Below, in pieces: positions 46,120-47,845 of a stretch of DNA of 47,845 nucleotides (the first letter of the stretch is position 1; the number at the start of each line of letters is the position of its first letter). The stretch comes from a bacterium (GTDB lineage Bacteria; JADJOY01), in contig JAXLQJ010000013.1 in assembly GCA_046331705.1 (NCBI GenBank), positions 124,001 through 171,845 of the forward strand. The letters run 5' to 3'. The notes below the pieces were generated by a model that saw only the letters and a list, made by a program, of their open reading frames with translations, made no database searches and was not told the origin of the DNA. The position numbers were made by a program, and so were the translations under genes.

Positions 46120-46989
46120 TCATTCGAGGTTCTGCACCTGCTCGCGCAGCTGCTCGATCGCGGCCTTCATCTGCACGACTTCCGCGGTCATCGCCACCCC
46201 CTGGAGCTTGGTGCCGGCGGTGTTGGCTTCCCGGAAGAGCTCCTGGACCAGGAAATCGAGCTTGCGCCCGACGTGCCGGTGGCGCAGCAGGTCGCGCGCC
46301 TGCTGGATGTGGCTCGCCAGCCGCGTGAGCTCCTCGCGCACATCCGAGCGATCCGCCAGTAGCGCGATCTCCTGCGCCAGGCGGTCCGGCGCCACGTCGA
46401 TGCCGGCGGCGAGCTGCCGCACGCGCTGTGCCAGCGCCTCGCCTTGCGCCTCCACGAGCTTCGGCGCGCGCTCGGCGAGCTGCGCGGCCACCGACTCGAC
46501 GGTGTCGAGGAGCCGGCGCGCGTCCGCGGCGAGCGCCGCGCCCTCGCGCTCGCGCATCGCCGCGAAGTCGGCGAGCGCGCGATCCACCAGCTCGCCCAGG
46601 ATCTCCCACGAGCGCGCGGCGCCAAGCGGCCCGCCGTTGGGCGTCGCCAGCTCGCGCAGCGCGAGCAGCGTCTCGAGCTTGAGATCGTCGGTCAGGCCGA
46701 GCGACTCGGCGAGCGTCGCGAGTGCCTCGCGCAGCGGACGCAAACGCGCGGGGTTGAGCGATCCTTCCAGCAGATCGCCCGCCGGCGTCACCCATACCGA
46801 GACCTCGACTCGCCCGCGCTTGGCGTGACGCTCGACCGCCTCGCGGATCTTGGGCTCCGCTGCCGTCATGTCGCGCGGCAGCCGCACGTGGACGTCGAGG
46901 AAGCGATGGTTCACGCCGCGGACCTCGACCGTCACGCGCCCCAGCTCGCCGACCGCCGAGGCCGAACCGAATCCCGTCATGCTGTGCAC
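46120..46989 (-). CDS. yicC: YicC/YloC-family endoribonuclease
   Basis: SMTGFG, VNHRFLD, EELTRL.SH, GRKLDFLVQE..RE.NT and REQVQNLE motifs. GTG 46989 after GAGGAG. Confidence 0.93.
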   Translation of the reverse strand: MHSMTGFGSASAVGELGRVTVEVRGVNHRFLDVHVRLPRDMTAAEPKIREAVERHAKRGRVEVSVWVTPAGDLLEGSLNPARLRPLREALATLAESLGLTDDLKLETLLALRELATPNGGPLGAARSWEILGELVDRALADFAAMREREGAALAADARRLLDTVESVAAQLAERAPKLVEAQGEALAQRVRQLAAGIDVAPDRLAQEIALLADRSDVREELTRLASHIQQARDLLRHRHVGRKLDFLVQELFREANTAGTKLQGVAMTAEVVQMKAAIEQLREQVQNLE

Positions 46990-47021
46990 GTGCTCTCCTC
47001 GACGTGAACGCGTGCGCGGCC

Positions 47022-47845
47022 TCAGCCTGCCGCGCTCCGAAGCGCTTGGATCAACTCGGCCGCGGCCACGACGGCGGTGCCCACCTTTCCCACCACGATG
47101 CCGGCGGCGGCGTTCGAGATCCGCGCCGCCAGCGCGCGGTCGATGCCGAGCGCCTCGCAGAGACCGAACGTGCCGATCACCGTGTCCCCGGCGCCGGTCA
47201 CGTCGAAGACGTCGCGGGCCATGGTCGGGATGTGGACGGCGCGGGCGCCGCGCTGGAAGAGCGCCATGCCGTCCTCGCCCCGGGTGACCAGCACCGCCTC
47301 GCACGCCAATCGCTCGCGGATCTTCTTGCCCGCCCGCGCCAGCGAACGCTCGTCGGTGATGTCCACGCCCGCCATCGCCGCCGCTTCCTTGAGATTGGGC
47401 GTCACCATCGACACCCCGCGATAGACGGTGAAGCGCGGCGGCTTGGGATCGACCAGCACCGGCACGCGGCGCTTGCGCGCTTCACCGATGAGCTTGCGCA
47501 GCACGGTGGGCTCCAGGCTGCCCTTGGCGTAGTCCGAGATCACCACCGCGTCCACGCGGGCGAGCCGACGCTCGAGCGCCCTCGAGAGCGCCGCCATGGT
47601 GCTCGCCGCGGGATCGATCAGATCCTCGCGATCGAACCGCACCACCTGCTGGTGCTGCGCCACCACCCGCGTCTTCTCCGTGGTGCGCCGCCCCGGCGCG
47701 GTGACGATGGCGCTCGGGTCGATCTCGAGCCGCGCGCATTCCTCGCGCATCCATTCGCCGAGCGCGTCGTTGCCGACCAACCCCCCCAAGCTCACGCGGC
47801 CGCCCAGGGCGCGGATGTTGTGCGCCACGTTCGCGGCGCCGCCGA
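47022..47845 (-). CDS. rfaE1: D-glycero-beta-D-manno-heptose-7-phosphate kinase (RfaE domain I), 5'-truncated by the window
   Basis: GGAANVA.N, TT.KTR...QQ.VRFD.E, SDYAKG, TPN..EA and DVTGAGDT motifs. Confidence 0.9.
   Translation of the reverse strand, partial: GGAANVAHNIRALGGRVSLGGLVGNDALGEWMREECARLEIDPSAIVTAPGRRTTEKTRVVAQHQQVVRFDREDLIDPAASTMAALSRALERRLARVDAVVISDYAKGSLEPTVLRKLIGEARKRRVPVLVDPKPPRFTVYRGVSMVTPNLKEAAAMAGVDITDERSLARAGKKIRERLACEAVLVTRGEDGMALFQRGARAVHIPTMARDVFDVTGAGDTVIGTFGLCEALGIDRALAARISNAAAGIVVGKVGTAVVAAAELIQALRSAAG

Noticed and set aside
45845-46123. Possible 92-aa ORF overlapping the yicC stop, between yicC and remA
   Set aside because: Low-complexity Arg/Ser/Gly-rich translation with no recognisable motif; more likely intergenic.
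1-47845. Selenocysteine/TGA recoding, CRISPR arrays, tRNA/rRNA, transposases or integrases
   Set aside because: TGA behaves as the normal stop at homologous C-termini. I found no spaced direct repeats, RNA-gene signatures or mobile-element genes by eye.

Overview
Very GC-rich bacterial chromosomal DNA. Gene content and order (yicC-remA-gmk-rel, Nuo subunits, AMMECR1 protein, outer-membrane barrels, heptose kinase) suggest a diderm deltaproteobacterium-like organism (Myxococcota/Binatota-type; this is inference). I call about 43 genes: a FadL-like transporter operon; cls, rsmD-coaD, folB-amrA and a CCA/poly(A) polymerase; a rearranged soluble-arm-only complex I cluster (nuoB-G-I-C-D-E-F) followed by two small proteins and a membrane CCG/Fe-S oxidoreductase; a lipoprotein/GMC oxidoreductase/lactonase cluster; a surface glycosylation locus beside two tandem paralogous secreted proteins and an FG-GAP lipoprotein; and the heptose kinase-yicC-remA-gmk-rel-HEAT operon. 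I saw no rRNA, tRNA, CRISPR array or mobile element. The strongest signal is in stop codons. Two otherwise intact genes carry a single in-frame TAG, one at a position that is Trp in all six sister repeats. When those are read through, all 42 gene ends in the window are TGA, with none TAG or TAA. This makes the organism a candidate for amber reassignment or readthrough, although two independent nonsense mutations or sequencing errors are not excluded.
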